A DNA stretch of 64,000 nt, from assembly GCA_027923505.1 (NCBI GenBank), contig BROI01000012.1, positions 744,001-808,000 on the forward strand, given 5' to 3'. The notes below the pieces were generated by a model, which searched no databases, was not told the origin of the DNA, and saw only the letters and a list, made by a program, of their open reading frames with translations. The stretch comes from Mayamaea pseudoterrestris (Eukaryota). This document shows, in pieces, positions 23,184 to 34,257 of the stretch (positions within the stretch are counted from its first letter, which is position 1; each line of letters starts with the position of its first letter). The position numbers and the translations under genes are program-made.

Positions 23184-23744
23184 ATGCTTCGCTCGTCACT
23201 CTACTTGTTATCTTGCCTCTTTGCAGTGACGTTGTCCTTCTCACCGTCGAGGTATTTTCATCAATATGTAGGAATCACAAGTACGCGTACGCATGAATGG
23301 GTCATCCACAGCCGACGGAAAATCTTGCGCATGAGCAATAGCGACAACAAGGAGGATGAAATCGCCCGTCTCCAGGAACAAATTCGAAGACTGCAAGATG
23401 AAAGCTCACAAGATTTTTCGAAATCTGCGGTCACCGAACGAGAGAAACCAGCATTTGCAGACAAGCGATTCGCTGAGCTGGAGCGAGTCCGAGGAAAGGA
23501 AATGCCCTTTTCGGAAGGAGATTTGATTGACGCCAAAATCTTATCAAACAATGAGGATAGTAACAACAGTGGCGGTATTGGATCCGTTTTGCCGGCAGCC
23601 TTGCTTGCCGTTGGTGCGCTCGTAGCTTTTGTTGCCTTTTCGCAGGTTCCAGTCGGCCAAGAAGATTTCGCAAGGTATTCGGTTGCTCCGCCGACGCAAA
23701 CGATTGATCTAGGAGACTTGAATCCTGATAGAAAAAGTACATAG
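23184..23744 (+). CDS. Hypothetical, probably plastid-targeted single-pass membrane protein
   Basis: Signal peptide ending TLS-FSP, short coiled coil (EIARLQEQIRRLQ) and C-terminal TM (LPAALLAVGALVAFVAF). Confidence 0.72.
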   Translation: MLRSSLYLLSCLFAVTLSFSPSRYFHQYVGITSTRTHEWVIHSRRKILRMSNSDNKEDEIARLQEQIRRLQDESSQDFSKSAVTEREKPAFADKRFAELERVRGKEMPFSEGDLIDAKILSNNEDSNNSGGIGSVLPAALLAVGALVAFVAFSQVPVGQEDFARYSVAPPTQTIDLGDLNPDRKST

Positions 23745-23996
23745 CTATGAATGCGGAGCTTGGTGGTGAACAATACGAGTTCCCATTAACCTCTGCCGTT
23801 TTGAAAGCCAACAATATCGCAGCCAACACTTCGCGAGACACGACGAAAATTGAAGACATTATACAAAGTTAATTAACAATACGTAAAATTACTCAATTCT
23901 ATAATATATTCATTCTATGATCTGCGAGCGTCAAGCTATGCAGCAGTGTTATGGAAGATTTTCAAAACTGACAGCGTCAGTGTTCCAATTCAGCGA

Positions 23997-24626
23997 TTAC
24001 GTGCCTCGCAAGTATCGGCGCGTTTCGCCATTTTGGTTCACTGGATTGCCAAGGTACTCCTCCATGGCGCTTTGAATGGCCGCCCCAGGCTTATCGCTGG
24101 CGTCTCCAGTGTCAACCGTAGCGTCTTCCTCAACCAGGTAGCCTTGCTGCGAAAATGTGTAGTCTTCTGCTCCGCCTGCAGCTGTAGCGTCCTTCTCCTG
24201 GCTATTTTGAACGCCAGTGTTCACCGTGCTATCCTCCTTCTCTGGATAGCCCTGATCGACAAAGGTGACTTCATCGTCATTGATAAAAGTGGGACTGGCA
24301 GTCTGGTTGTAGTCAGTAACTTCAATGTCGACAATGTCAATGGCAGCATCCGTTTCGTTAGCAGACGTGGACAGCAATCCAACCTGATTGTAGACAAAGG
24401 CTTCCTGACCAGTCGTGCTTGTAGCGTTTCCAGATGCTGATGTTGCATTAGCTGTCGCGTCGGCTGGTTCAGTGACAATAATAGTCCCGTTGGCGAGCTC
24501 AATGGCAGTGTATTCCGGCGACTCTGCATTTCCAATCGCCGAAACCAGCGGCAGCAGGAGCGTCATGTGAAGGAGCAAGACAAAGCTTGTATATAGGGAG
24601 CGATGGTTATTCATTATTGATGGCAT
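23997..24626 (-). CDS. Secreted acidic low-complexity protein
   Basis: Signal peptide (FVLLLHMTLLLPLVSA); Asp/Glu/Thr/Ala-rich body with several N-x-T/S sequons; ends RRYLRGT. Confidence 0.72.
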   Translation of the reverse strand: MPSIMNNHRSLYTSFVLLLHMTLLLPLVSAIGNAESPEYTAIELANGTIIVTEPADATANATSASGNATSTTGQEAFVYNQVGLLSTSANETDAAIDIVDIEVTDYNQTASPTFINDDEVTFVDQGYPEKEDSTVNTGVQNSQEKDATAAGGAEDYTFSQQGYLVEEDATVDTGDASDKPGAAIQSAMEEYLGNPVNQNGETRRYLRGT

Positions 24627-26268
24627 GCTGATTGTATTAAATGCTGTAAGTTGTGAGCGAAACGATGTGTTTTGTGAGAAAAGGTTGGATCAAGAGTTGT
24701 AATCGCGCCGACGACGACGGTGCTCCGTTTTGGCGGGCTTCCGTCTTTGCTCGACGGATCCGGTCCGTTCCGATCACGTCACGGTAGTTCCAAGATTGAA
24801 AACAGCCATAGCCCATGGTGATCCGCGTGAATCCTGCAACTGGCGGAGCAACGCCAACGACTTGGCTTCAAAGTTACAGGTGTCGATCCATATTCATCAG
24901 TCGAGATCAGCACGCGAAGAGAGAACGGTTCGATGGCTCGTCTCACTTACCGGCTGTACCTTTAATAGACACGTTGCGATTGAAGTTGCTTCCTGGTGCG
25001 CGTCTTGATAATGGACGAAGGAGCGATGCGCCATGAGCGATGGAGCGAGACACGTTCAACCTTTCGCTTCCGATCCAACGCACCGCCAAAGCGGGTATCA
25101 AAACTTCGTTGAGTTGACTTCAACGGATGGTTACTTAGTATCGTGTGATTCAAACTTGCCTAAGTGTGACTCCTGCACGACGCGGCGTGCGCGACTTCTT
25201 GATGGTCGCACCAAGCCCCAAATTGGTTCGTACGATTGACAGTGAATGTCTCAAGTCACTTGAGGTTCGCCGTGAATGACCCTCAAATGACCCACAAGTG
25301 ATATAATTTGCAATGATCGCCAACCTCATCACTTCACTTTGAATTTTCTACAAATGCATGCGGCACAGGAACGCAAACGCGGTTCACTGGCAGGCAAGAG
25401 AAGTGCTTCGAAGATAGCATTATAACGTCATGCGAATCGCAAAGAGCGTTGACAACATCTATGGCTCTTATCGCTCTTGTCTCTTGTATATCATGGCAAC
25501 ATTGTTTGAATGTTGACGAAGGTTCTGTTGACGCAGTGCACCCGAAACATAAATTCTTGTTCGGCCTTTCGGGGGTAGTTATCCACATCATGGAAAGGCA
25601 GCAGCAAAACAAAGGAGCAAAGCATGTCAGAATGGGAGGTTCGAGCATGTTGAGAGCGAAGGCGCAGAAGAACGGAGCAACTCATGCAAATAATTAAGTC
25701 ATGAGGCCACCTCGTCCTGCACAACGCCCGCCTCCAGCTCCAGGTGTCATGCGCCCTTGCCCGATTGTAATGCATCGACTCCATCCATGGGACGACCATT
25801 GCCGCGAAAAACAGTTGCTCCAGCCAAAAGTTGCTGTGAAGACTCTGCATCAAATGATTTTGGTTTTCCCCACTCGATGACGAGGTCAATGACGTCTCCA
25901 TTCTTTACACCGATGAGGGCATCCGAGTCGTCTACGTTGAAGATTACAGCAATGAGAACGCAACCACAATTTCTGACTTGGCAGTGGAGAGGAAGCTTTA
26001 CAATGGACGCTAGCGGAGCTGTTTGATTTCAATTTGAACGAAAACAATGTCACCTGCACCGAAGGAGGCAACGCAACGGTAACCAAAACAGACGCGAGTC
26101 GAACACATTCGAGTCAATTCAGGGAGCGGCAGTCAACTTGGAATCTCAGTGTGTCCGCATTTGTCGACGAAAGCTACATTTGGGTGGCTTTGCCCATTTC
26201 AAATATGTGTGTTAATAATGAATGTACTACTTGTTGATAGTGTGTCACACATTACCCATGTGTTACGT

Positions 26269-27510
26269 TCAATCGTCGCTAAGTATATCGCGTGCAATGG
26301 AGTAAAAGAGATCACTGGAGTCGAGACCTGGTAGTGGATCGACTCTGGAACGATTGTCCTCCGCGCGTTCAGTTGCAATCTCGCCACAAATGCCGTTATC
26401 AACGTCGCCTTGATTGTCGCGACAAAATGTTTTAGCTAGTATACTTTCCAACTCTTCACGGTCAGCCTCCAGCGTTGCTTGCTCCTCCGCCAAGCTCGGA
26501 AGTACACAGTGACACAACGCCCTTGCATTTGCAGTGAGCATAAGCAGAGTCAAGTCGACGTCATGGCTTACTTGCGCCAAGGCGGCAGGAAGCAGTGGCG
26601 TATATCCGTCCACCTGATAAGCATTCTCCAACGACATGCTCCTCAATTTCCACTTTCGTATAATGTTCATTTTAAGCTGCTTTAGAATTTGAGGATGAAG
26701 CTTCTTATCTCGGTGCTGGCGGCAAAGATGTAGGAGCTCCATGCGACTGCCGGTGACCAATTCAAGCAACGCTTCGGATCGTATGCAGACAATCTCCTTG
26801 CTTTGTCGTCGCGACGGACGGTGAGAGTGCAGCAGTTTCAACACTCGTAGCGAATCCACTTGTTGCAGGCGTCGTATGAAATCAACCCAGTCGTCATTTT
26901 CAAAATAAACTGAATCGAGATCTAGCTGATCGATGCCCTGCAAAAAGCTCGTCAGATGGTGATACGTTCTTCCTGCAAAGTTAATGCTGTGAAACGAAAT
27001 TTGTCGAAGGTTACTTTCAAGAGGAGCATCCTCTATCTGGTCGTGCCGAAAGGTCGGATTGAGCGCCAGCAGTGGGAGATGCGCAGATGATGGATCATTG
27101 ATAAGGCATTGGACGGTCAGGTTAATTTGAGCAGAGCTACTCGAAAACATGGATATCAATCCTGTGAAGCTTTCTGCGATTTCCATATTGCCAGTCGTCA
27201 AGTCTGTTCCTGATGGCTCGATGCACAGAAGGATTTTTCTCGAAAATTCGGTACCGATTGGAGTCCAGGAGAAGCAAAAGAGGGCCCGCAATTGTATCGA
27301 AGCCTGCAGAATTTCATTCATATGATCGCTGTGCAAAAGAACCGCTCCGTCGTGACAGCATAGGATGCGATGGGCGCCAAAATGATGCAGGTCCATCCAT
27401 GTCCAGCCTTGTACAAGCAATTCGACAATGGACACGTTGAAACTGACTTCGGTCAAACCGCTCTCAGCTTGTAGCTCCAGTTCATTGGACGCTCTGAACA
27501 ATGACGCCAT
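26269..27510 (-). CDS. Hypothetical protein, degenerate leucine-rich-repeat-like
   Basis: 413-aa ATG ORF; LxxLxL-like segments (LRQISF, IDQLDL, LRVLKL, MELLHL). Confidence 0.62.
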   Translation of the reverse strand: MASLFRASNELELQAESGLTEVSFNVSIVELLVQGWTWMDLHHFGAHRILCCHDGAVLLHSDHMNEILQASIQLRALFCFSWTPIGTEFSRKILLCIEPSGTDLTTGNMEIAESFTGLISMFSSSSAQINLTVQCLINDPSSAHLPLLALNPTFRHDQIEDAPLESNLRQISFHSINFAGRTYHHLTSFLQGIDQLDLDSVYFENDDWVDFIRRLQQVDSLRVLKLLHSHRPSRRQSKEIVCIRSEALLELVTGSRMELLHLCRQHRDKKLHPQILKQLKMNIIRKWKLRSMSLENAYQVDGYTPLLPAALAQVSHDVDLTLLMLTANARALCHCVLPSLAEEQATLEADREELESILAKTFCRDNQGDVDNGICGEIATERAEDNRSRVDPLPGLDSSDLFYSIARDILSDD

Positions 27511-27626
27511 GCTTATGCATCAGGACGAGGAGCAGTCAAAGAAACAATTGCGAGTGGTCGATAGTCCTGCGTACTGCCTCGCCGTCGAAGCGTAGTATGC
27601 CAATCGACTTCGTCACGAGAAGGATA

Positions 27627-28001
27627 TGACGTAATTGACACTGGCACTCGTTTTGTACTAACGCCTTGTGACGTAATTGACACTGGCACTCGTTTCGCAC
27701 TATTGCCTTATGACGTAATTGACACTGGCACTCGTTTCGTACTAGTGCCTTGTGACGTTATTGACACTGGCACTCGTTTCGTATTATTGCCTTGTGACGT
27801 AAACACTGGTGCACGTTTCGTAGTGTTGTCAAGTGACGTAATTGACAGTGGCACTCGTTTCGTATTACTGCCCTATGACGTCATTGACACTGACACTTGT
27901 TTCGTTATATTGCCTTGTGACGTAATTGACATTGGCACCCGTTTTGCCATATTGCCCTCTGACGTAATTGACACTGGCACTTGTTTCGTACTATAGCCTC
28001 G
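27627..28001. repeat. 42-bp minisatellite, 9 units, same family as 8917-9320
   Basis: Units TGACGTAATTGACACTGGCACTCGTTTCGTATTATTGCCTTG start at 27627, 27669, 27711, 27753, 27795 (39 bp), 27834, 27876, 27918 and 27960. Confidence 0.95.
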
Positions 28002-28801
28002 GTGGTGTAAGGTGCACTCGAGTAGTTGAGATCGTGCTGCTGGCTGCTGCATACCGGTATGGCGACTCGCGATCACCATGGAGTCTTCCTTCCGCTGAAT
28101 CTCTGACAACAGGCCCATCCTGATTGTTGAATACTTGCGGATCTTATCACGCGAAAGTCGATATGATTTGGCGACTGAAATTGCTGATCTTGCCGCGGCC
28201 AAATGGCATTTCCACGAGGGCATTTTGCTTGTTGGCTATACGGCGATGAAGTGATCTGACGAGATGACTGATGGACGAGCAGCAGCTGACGTAGTTGTTA
28301 CACTCGCGACCTGAGAAGCTATGTTATCTAGCCTTGGCTTCGTTTTGCATGATATTGAATTTGTAGTCCGACGACCGGCTACCGTCGTGCTAATCATCTG
28401 GGCTTTCATTTCATTCGAAAAGATGCACAATGGCGATGTGATTGGGCATTTGCAAATGCGAGCGAATATCTCCTGACAATCCTCTACACAAGAGCGGAGC
28501 TATCATGCTGTACAAGCATGCGAGACACTTTGCATGTTGGTGCAAGGCACATTGACGGAGACAAGTGTGAGCTGGAACATTTGTGAACGAAAAGCATCGC
28601 TTCATGCTCATCATCATTAGCTGTGCTCTATGTAAATAAGACAAGGACCCGAAAGTTGCCGTACCTTCGCACTATGTGAAGGCTAACAGTTGCAGCAGAC
28701 GAGGACTGATGCTACTAACAAGCCAGCATCGGTCGTTGGCTTACTGTATGATCGCTGCTTGATCGCCGCAGTACCACTTTTGTAACACGATCATGTCAAA
28801 G

Positions 28802-30766
28802 TCACTGCTCGTCAAGCACTTCTGCAGCTTTTTCGCCGTCCAGTGTCGTGAACTTGCAATCCAGCATTGTTTCCCAAGACGACAACGCTGCTGCATTCTC
28901 CTGGCTGACGACATTAATAACGCTACCAGACCGACCGGCTCGCCCAGTGCGACCTGCAATGTGGCAGTACTCATCCGGACCCTTGGGTCGCCCGAGAGCT
29001 ATCACGACATCCAGTCCATCCAAGTGAATACCTCGCACAGTGTCTTCGCCGGTAACGAGCAAATAGCTATTCTTAGACGCAAAAGCCGAAGCTTGCCCAA
29101 CTCCGGCAGCCTGTGAGACTGCCTTGTGTTTTTCGATCAAGTCGGAGGTATTTTCGGCCTCCAAAGCATCCAAGAGGGAAATGGGTGATGGCTTGCACCG
29201 AAAATGTTTCAAAGCTCCAATCGTGTTCGCTGTGCTAATTCCAAAGCCACGTGACAACACCAGTAACACACGACACGGTTTGGTCTGTTCTTGTAGCGAT
29301 CGGATCGCTTTGGAAGCGCACGTCAACAGCTCGCCATCGGACGGCCCAGCGGCAATAACCGAATAGTGTTTAACAGTGGCTGGCATGGTGACAGCTCGAC
29401 CAACATGTTCATTCATGGGCGTTGCCCTCAATGTCCTGACTTCGTCGTCTGCATTGTCGTTAAACGCATCATTATCCAAGCTCCTGACAATTCTCGGACA
29501 ATCCTGCGGCAGTAATCCCAACACGCGCGCAAATTCCCTCTTCATGGGCCTTCCCACGGTTGCACTCGCGGCAACAAATTGCGCTCGTCCCAAGGTATGC
29601 CTTGCCACTGCTGCCGCAACTATTGCAGCCGGCTTTTCGTGTTGTTTGTTGCTCGGCTTGAGCTTTGTGCCACCCGCACTTCCTCCGATTCCTAGCAAAC
29701 GATCAACCTCGTCTAAAACACAGACGCGAATAGATCGCAAAAAGTCGACAGCCTCTGGCTTGCTCGTTGGAGGAGCTGGCATCTTGTCATCGCCATACAA
29801 GGAAATCATAAATGTCTTGGCACTGGCTATTATTAATCGAGGCAGCGTTCCAGTCGTTTCAACGGTACCATCCTGTTGCTGCTGGGAGGTTGGTCGCACC
29901 AGATTGCTAGGATGCGTCACGAGTCGAACGCTTCCTGGCGGAGCCAACTCCATGGCCACACCAGCTACTTGAGCGGCAAGCTCGCGAGTCGGTAGCAAAA
30001 CAATGAAACGCTGTAGTTGCTGCTTGGGATTGTTGCTTCGCTGGGTCGTCTTCCATAAGTACTCCGTCATGGGCAATAAATAGGCAATTGTTTTACCAGA
30101 CCCGGTTTGTGCGTGAATGACAAGGGATTCACCTTTACTCAATGACGGAATTGCTGCTTGTTGAATGGGTGTTGGTCGGGCAAATCCAGCCTTTTGTAAA
30201 GCCGTGTGTGCGGCAGCGGATAGTTCAATCCCAGCAAAGGTTGGCGGCATAACAATTAAGGACGACGCTGCATTATCTTCGTCTCGTCCATCTCCGATCT
30301 TGTCTTGCTCATAGTAGTAGGCTGCCGGCTCCTTGCTGTCAGCATTATCGCCGTACTTTTGCTGCATTTCATGCGCCACCAACCGATGTGCAAGATCCGG
30401 CTTGCGGCCCTTATCAGACAATCGGTGCTGCTTTAACATTTGCTTTAGTGTATTTGCCGATTGCTGAATGTATTCCGCGTAAAGCGTTTCGCGCTCTACT
30501 CGCAGTGGATCCTGTGGATCGTCGGGCTCCAAGTGCGGAGGTTTCTTTTGGAGCCGCTGCAACTGAGCGGCGGTACGTTCCAAGGCGGCGCGGGCGGAAG
30601 ATTCTGTCTCGCTTTGATCAAAGAATTGCGGCCGTCGACTGGAATAGAGACGGGTTCCATGACATAGTTGTCGTTGCACTGCCATTGGAAGTCCTTGGAG
30701 GACGTCGAAGCTAAGCAAGACTGTCACGACAAGGAGGCCACGCCTTTTTCTTTGACTATTCAGCAT
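28802..30766 (-). CDS. DEAD-box RNA helicase with N-terminal SAP-like domain, probably organelle-targeted
   Basis: Q motif GFARPTPIQ, AQTGSGKT, PTRELAAQ, DEVD, SAT, RGIHL and HIAGRTGRAG; SAP-like LKQMLKQHRLSDKGRKPDLAHRL; hydrophobic N-terminus. Confidence 0.92.
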   Translation of the reverse strand: MLNSQRKRRGLLVVTVLLSFDVLQGLPMAVQRQLCHGTRLYSSRRPQFFDQSETESSARAALERTAAQLQRLQKKPPHLEPDDPQDPLRVERETLYAEYIQQSANTLKQMLKQHRLSDKGRKPDLAHRLVAHEMQQKYGDNADSKEPAAYYYEQDKIGDGRDEDNAASSLIVMPPTFAGIELSAAAHTALQKAGFARPTPIQQAAIPSLSKGESLVIHAQTGSGKTIAYLLPMTEYLWKTTQRSNNPKQQLQRFIVLLPTRELAAQVAGVAMELAPPGSVRLVTHPSNLVRPTSQQQQDGTVETTGTLPRLIIASAKTFMISLYGDDKMPAPPTSKPEAVDFLRSIRVCVLDEVDRLLGIGGSAGGTKLKPSNKQHEKPAAIVAAAVARHTLGRAQFVAASATVGRPMKREFARVLGLLPQDCPRIVRSLDNDAFNDNADDEVRTLRATPMNEHVGRAVTMPATVKHYSVIAAGPSDGELLTCASKAIRSLQEQTKPCRVLLVLSRGFGISTANTIGALKHFRCKPSPISLLDALEAENTSDLIEKHKAVSQAAGVGQASAFASKNSYLLVTGEDTVRGIHLDGLDVVIALGRPKGPDEYCHIAGRTGRAGRSGSVINVVSQENAAALSSWETMLDCKFTTLDGEKAAEVLDEQ

Positions 30767-31162
30767 TCTATCAAATTTATAAAACTGTAGATTGCGTAAA
30801 CTGAAAGTATGTTTCAGATTGATTACTATTCAGGTGCAGAGAAACTGTCTTGGTCGTGCAATGATGATGCAGGGTCGAAAGGAAAAAATATGAATGGATG
30901 ATGCGGATGCAAATTGGAATACCGGAGCGACCGCACCTCTTAGCTATCATACCACGATTATGACATTCCGGGCACCCGAGAGACAGAAAAATTACGTTCC
31001 ATCGGCGTCACTGATCAGGGAGCTGAGGTGTAAAAAACGATAACTTTGGCTTATAAATTGGTCTGGTGTACATTGATGAAGCATTCTTTCATTGGCAAGC
31101 GACTAAAAGATCAAAAGAAAGAAGAATTCAAAAGAATATGCGACAGTGGAGAGTCAAACATT

Positions 31163-34039
31163 CTACAACGCATCCAGTCTGATACCACGATTTCGTGATG
31201 ACTTCTTACTGTCATCGTCGAGATCCATTGAATTTGATCTTTGCAAGGATGCCAAAGGAGGAGGCTTCTTCTTCTTGACCTTGTCATCAACATTGCCGCT
31301 TTGACGCAATTCAATGTCCATGGACTTTGCTCGACGAACGCCACGGGTTGGTTCTCGTAGCAAAGACTCGACTTTTGCGGGTGCTGGTATTGGAGCTCTG
31401 TCGTCAACATCCATGCTTTTGGATCGGCGGACGCCGCGGGTTGGCTCGTTCGGAACAATTAGCCGTCGCATAGATGGTGGCTTTGGCAATGGTCCCCATT
31501 TCTCTTCCGGGCTGACACTTTGAGGCGCTTCAACGCCTGGACCAACTGACTGTGAACCGTTTGTTGGACTTGTTGGAGCGTCATCATTCTCATCCATGTA
31601 ATCGTCGAGCCGCAATTTCCCAGGCCGTCTTCCACATCGGCGCGGAGATTCATCATCGACGCTTCTTGCGCCATCAATTTTGTCTTGTCGTCGGGACTGC
31701 CCATCTAGGTAGCTTCCCAACGCATGTGCCGTTGCCGGAGTAGCTGGAGAGACATGGGGCGGTTGACGCTGGGCGACTGGCCGTTCCTCTACACTTCGAG
31801 CGCCGCTTCGCTTATTGAACTGTTGCTTTGGCTGTCGTTCGAGGAAGTCGCCTAACAAAGATTGTCCTGATGCCTTTTCGCTGTTCTCTCGCGTGATCCT
31901 TCTCATACGCGAATCTGGCACGGCGCCAGGGCCAACACTTCTTGCACCGCTCATGTGACGTGCATTAGGCTGTGGTTGCTTGTCCATAAAATTCGATAAG
32001 GAGTGGCCGTCCAAATTTCCGCTTTGAGATCGTTTTTGGCCGGGGCGCCGCGTATGATCGATCGCGCTCGGGGCCATTCCAGCAGCACCATTTGCGCGCT
32101 TCGAAATTGGAAGTATTTCGACACTCCTGGCACCACTCATTCGGTTGTCTAGTTGCTTCCTCTGGGCTATAAAATCATCTAAAGGCCGTGAAGATGCAGC
32201 GTCAAAAGACCTTCGCCGTTGGGGTTTCTCTTGGACAGAAAACTCTGGCTCTCTGTTCGTGTTTTTGTTGTTCTTTCCAACCGTTTCAAAAACCACTGAG
32301 TCCGAGTCATCGTCACGCATTTTTACCATTTTACGATTCATCTTTCGAAGACGAGTGAAAAGAATGCATCCAACGATGATTAATAGCGCTCCACCCCCGG
32401 CGGCAATGACTCCAATCAATGCGCCATCCATACCACCTCCAGCTCCACTTGCCCCGTTGGCGTCTACATCAGGAAACTCATCCTGAGGGACAATAGCATC
32501 CTGGAAGGTGACGGATGATCTGACCGTCGCCAATTTAGCAAAGTAAGTGTACCGGTCGTCTTGATTGATTGGACCGGGCCGTAGACCATCGTACTTTAGT
32601 TTGTCTAAATAGAGCTGGTAGTTGGAGTTCAGCTCACTTTGTATATTGCTGAGATAGTTTTCGTCCAGCAGGTAGTGATACTTTGCTCCCATAAATTGAC
32701 CAGACACGACGCTGCTACCAAGTTCAGAAGCCTGCAAGGCCCGTACACGGTTGCGCCGACTTGTCGCTTGATCATCAATAGATACATGATAGACGGGTAG
32801 AGAAGCAGCTTGTTCACCACCCGCTAAAAAGCTACTCGTCGTATCCGCAAAGTAGGCGGACTGAATATCATCCATGGTGACTCCGGCCGGCACACCTTCC
32901 AAGGTAATTTCATATTCGGCACTGATGCTTTCGAAACCTATGTAATATACATTGACAGCATTGATTCCCTTTTGCACCGCCGTTGTGACGTCTCCGGCCG
33001 TCTTGTACACTTCAAACTTGACTTCGTCGGAACTGATCTTATCAAGGTGCGAAAATAAGACACGCGATGATTGGTAGAAGGATGTACAAGATTCCCATGC
33101 CTCTGGACACCCGCCCGTGTACTCTATTGGGGTAGTGACAATGGAGGTAATCTTGAGTGCGTAGAGCGCCATAAACTGTTGCAACTGCGGCGTATTCTTC
33201 ATCAGTTGGTCCAAGGTTTTTGAAACAATCTGATTGACATTTCCAAGTGCCGTTACTTGTTTGGAAAAAAGAAAGTCAAAGTATATATCCGTAATAATTG
33301 TCGAAGTATCCGTGCAATCCGACCCATCCGCGAGTTCGTAGTGAATGATACCAGCGAATTGAGGATCCACTGTCGTGTCGTACTCGCCTGGAAAATTTGG
33401 AGCGGTAAAGCCAACCCCAACATAAGTAGTCAAATCGCTTCCTTCAAAAGCCACTTCATCCGTCTTGTCCAAAGCATAGACGGTGCTGTCGATAATCTTC
33501 TTGGTCATGGAAATGTAGAAGGAATGTCTCTCTCCAACATTGGCCGAGACGGGTGTAAACGACGCAGCCGGAATAATAACTCCATTCTTCTCTGGCGCCA
33601 TGACGGCTGTTGTATTTGAGATCAGGGTCCATAATGTCGAATCCATGTAGGAGTCTTTAATTTCTCCGAGGAGATGGTAGATCTGCACCGACAAGTCTTC
33701 AGGTGCCGTGACCATGTCGAGGCGAACGTCTACGTCGAAGCCATTAACAGTAATTGGAGTAAGTGGAGAAAGACTAAACATGACTCCGACGTAGACTGGG
33801 ACGGCAGGATCGTCATTGTATGTCGTGGCCAGTGATCTTTGGAGGGAACATGAGTCCTGCAATGACCTGGACGAAGGGGAGGTGGTTCGTGCATCCGAAC
33901 TACGCAAAGATTGACGCTTCTGGAGCCCTGGCATGGTGTGATCTTTGGGTAATATATAGTTGATGGTTGACAAGCTGGTGAGAGAGCTCTCCCTTTTGTG
34001 TACTGTTCGTCTTGACGAAGCTGAACGCTCAATGAGCAA
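31163..34039 (-). CDS. Large single-pass membrane protein of unknown function
   Basis: 958-aa ORF; TM segment ALIGVIAAGGGALLIIVGCILF followed by basic residues; repetitive disordered C-terminal tail. Start uncertain (first ATG about 33934). Confidence 0.8.
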   Translation of the reverse strand: MLIERSASSRRTVHKRESSLTSLSTINYILPKDHTMPGLQKRQSLRSSDARTTSPSSRSLQDSCSLQRSLATTYNDDPAVPVYVGVMFSLSPLTPITVNGFDVDVRLDMVTAPEDLSVQIYHLLGEIKDSYMDSTLWTLISNTTAVMAPEKNGVIIPAASFTPVSANVGERHSFYISMTKKIIDSTVYALDKTDEVAFEGSDLTTYVGVGFTAPNFPGEYDTTVDPQFAGIIHYELADGSDCTDTSTIITDIYFDFLFSKQVTALGNVNQIVSKTLDQLMKNTPQLQQFMALYALKITSIVTTPIEYTGGCPEAWESCTSFYQSSRVLFSHLDKISSDEVKFEVYKTAGDVTTAVQKGINAVNVYYIGFESISAEYEITLEGVPAGVTMDDIQSAYFADTTSSFLAGGEQAASLPVYHVSIDDQATSRRNRVRALQASELGSSVVSGQFMGAKYHYLLDENYLSNIQSELNSNYQLYLDKLKYDGLRPGPINQDDRYTYFAKLATVRSSVTFQDAIVPQDEFPDVDANGASGAGGGMDGALIGVIAAGGGALLIIVGCILFTRLRKMNRKMVKMRDDDSDSVVFETVGKNNKNTNREPEFSVQEKPQRRRSFDAASSRPLDDFIAQRKQLDNRMSGARSVEILPISKRANGAAGMAPSAIDHTRRPGQKRSQSGNLDGHSLSNFMDKQPQPNARHMSGARSVGPGAVPDSRMRRITRENSEKASGQSLLGDFLERQPKQQFNKRSGARSVEERPVAQRQPPHVSPATPATAHALGSYLDGQSRRQDKIDGARSVDDESPRRCGRRPGKLRLDDYMDENDDAPTSPTNGSQSVGPGVEAPQSVSPEEKWGPLPKPPSMRRLIVPNEPTRGVRRSKSMDVDDRAPIPAPAKVESLLREPTRGVRRAKSMDIELRQSGNVDDKVKKKKPPPLASLQRSNSMDLDDDSKKSSRNRGIRLDAL

Positions 34040-34223
34040 AATGAATGCCCATCGAAATGAGAGTCGTTCTTTCAGCGGTCATCGCGAAGGTGAAGCGGTC
34101 ATCGGGGTCGTGCTCGCGCTTCAATCTCGCACAGGAATTGTACACTACGAGGCACAGTAAATCCGATTCGTTCGGCAATCATTTACTATTGCCCAAAGTT
34201 TCTCACTGTCGGATATAGTGTAC

Positions 34224-34257
34224 GCCAATAACTTTGAAAAAAATCAAAGTTATTGGC
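34224..34257. repeat. Perfect 14-bp inverted repeat related to the 50-bp repeat at 52.1 kb
   Basis: GCCAATAACTTTGA-AAAAAA-TCAAAGTTATTGGC. Confidence 0.8.

Noticed and set aside
24700..26260. Short ORFs in a 1.5-kb gene-poor gap, including a protein-like minus-strand frame at about 25750-26040
   Set aside because: No start, splice structure or motif could be supported; it may be a decayed gene.
27703..27996. 97-aa ORF with repeated DVIDTGTRFVLLP
   Set aside because: Artefact of the 42-bp period being divisible by three; it has a non-ATG start and lies wholly within the array.
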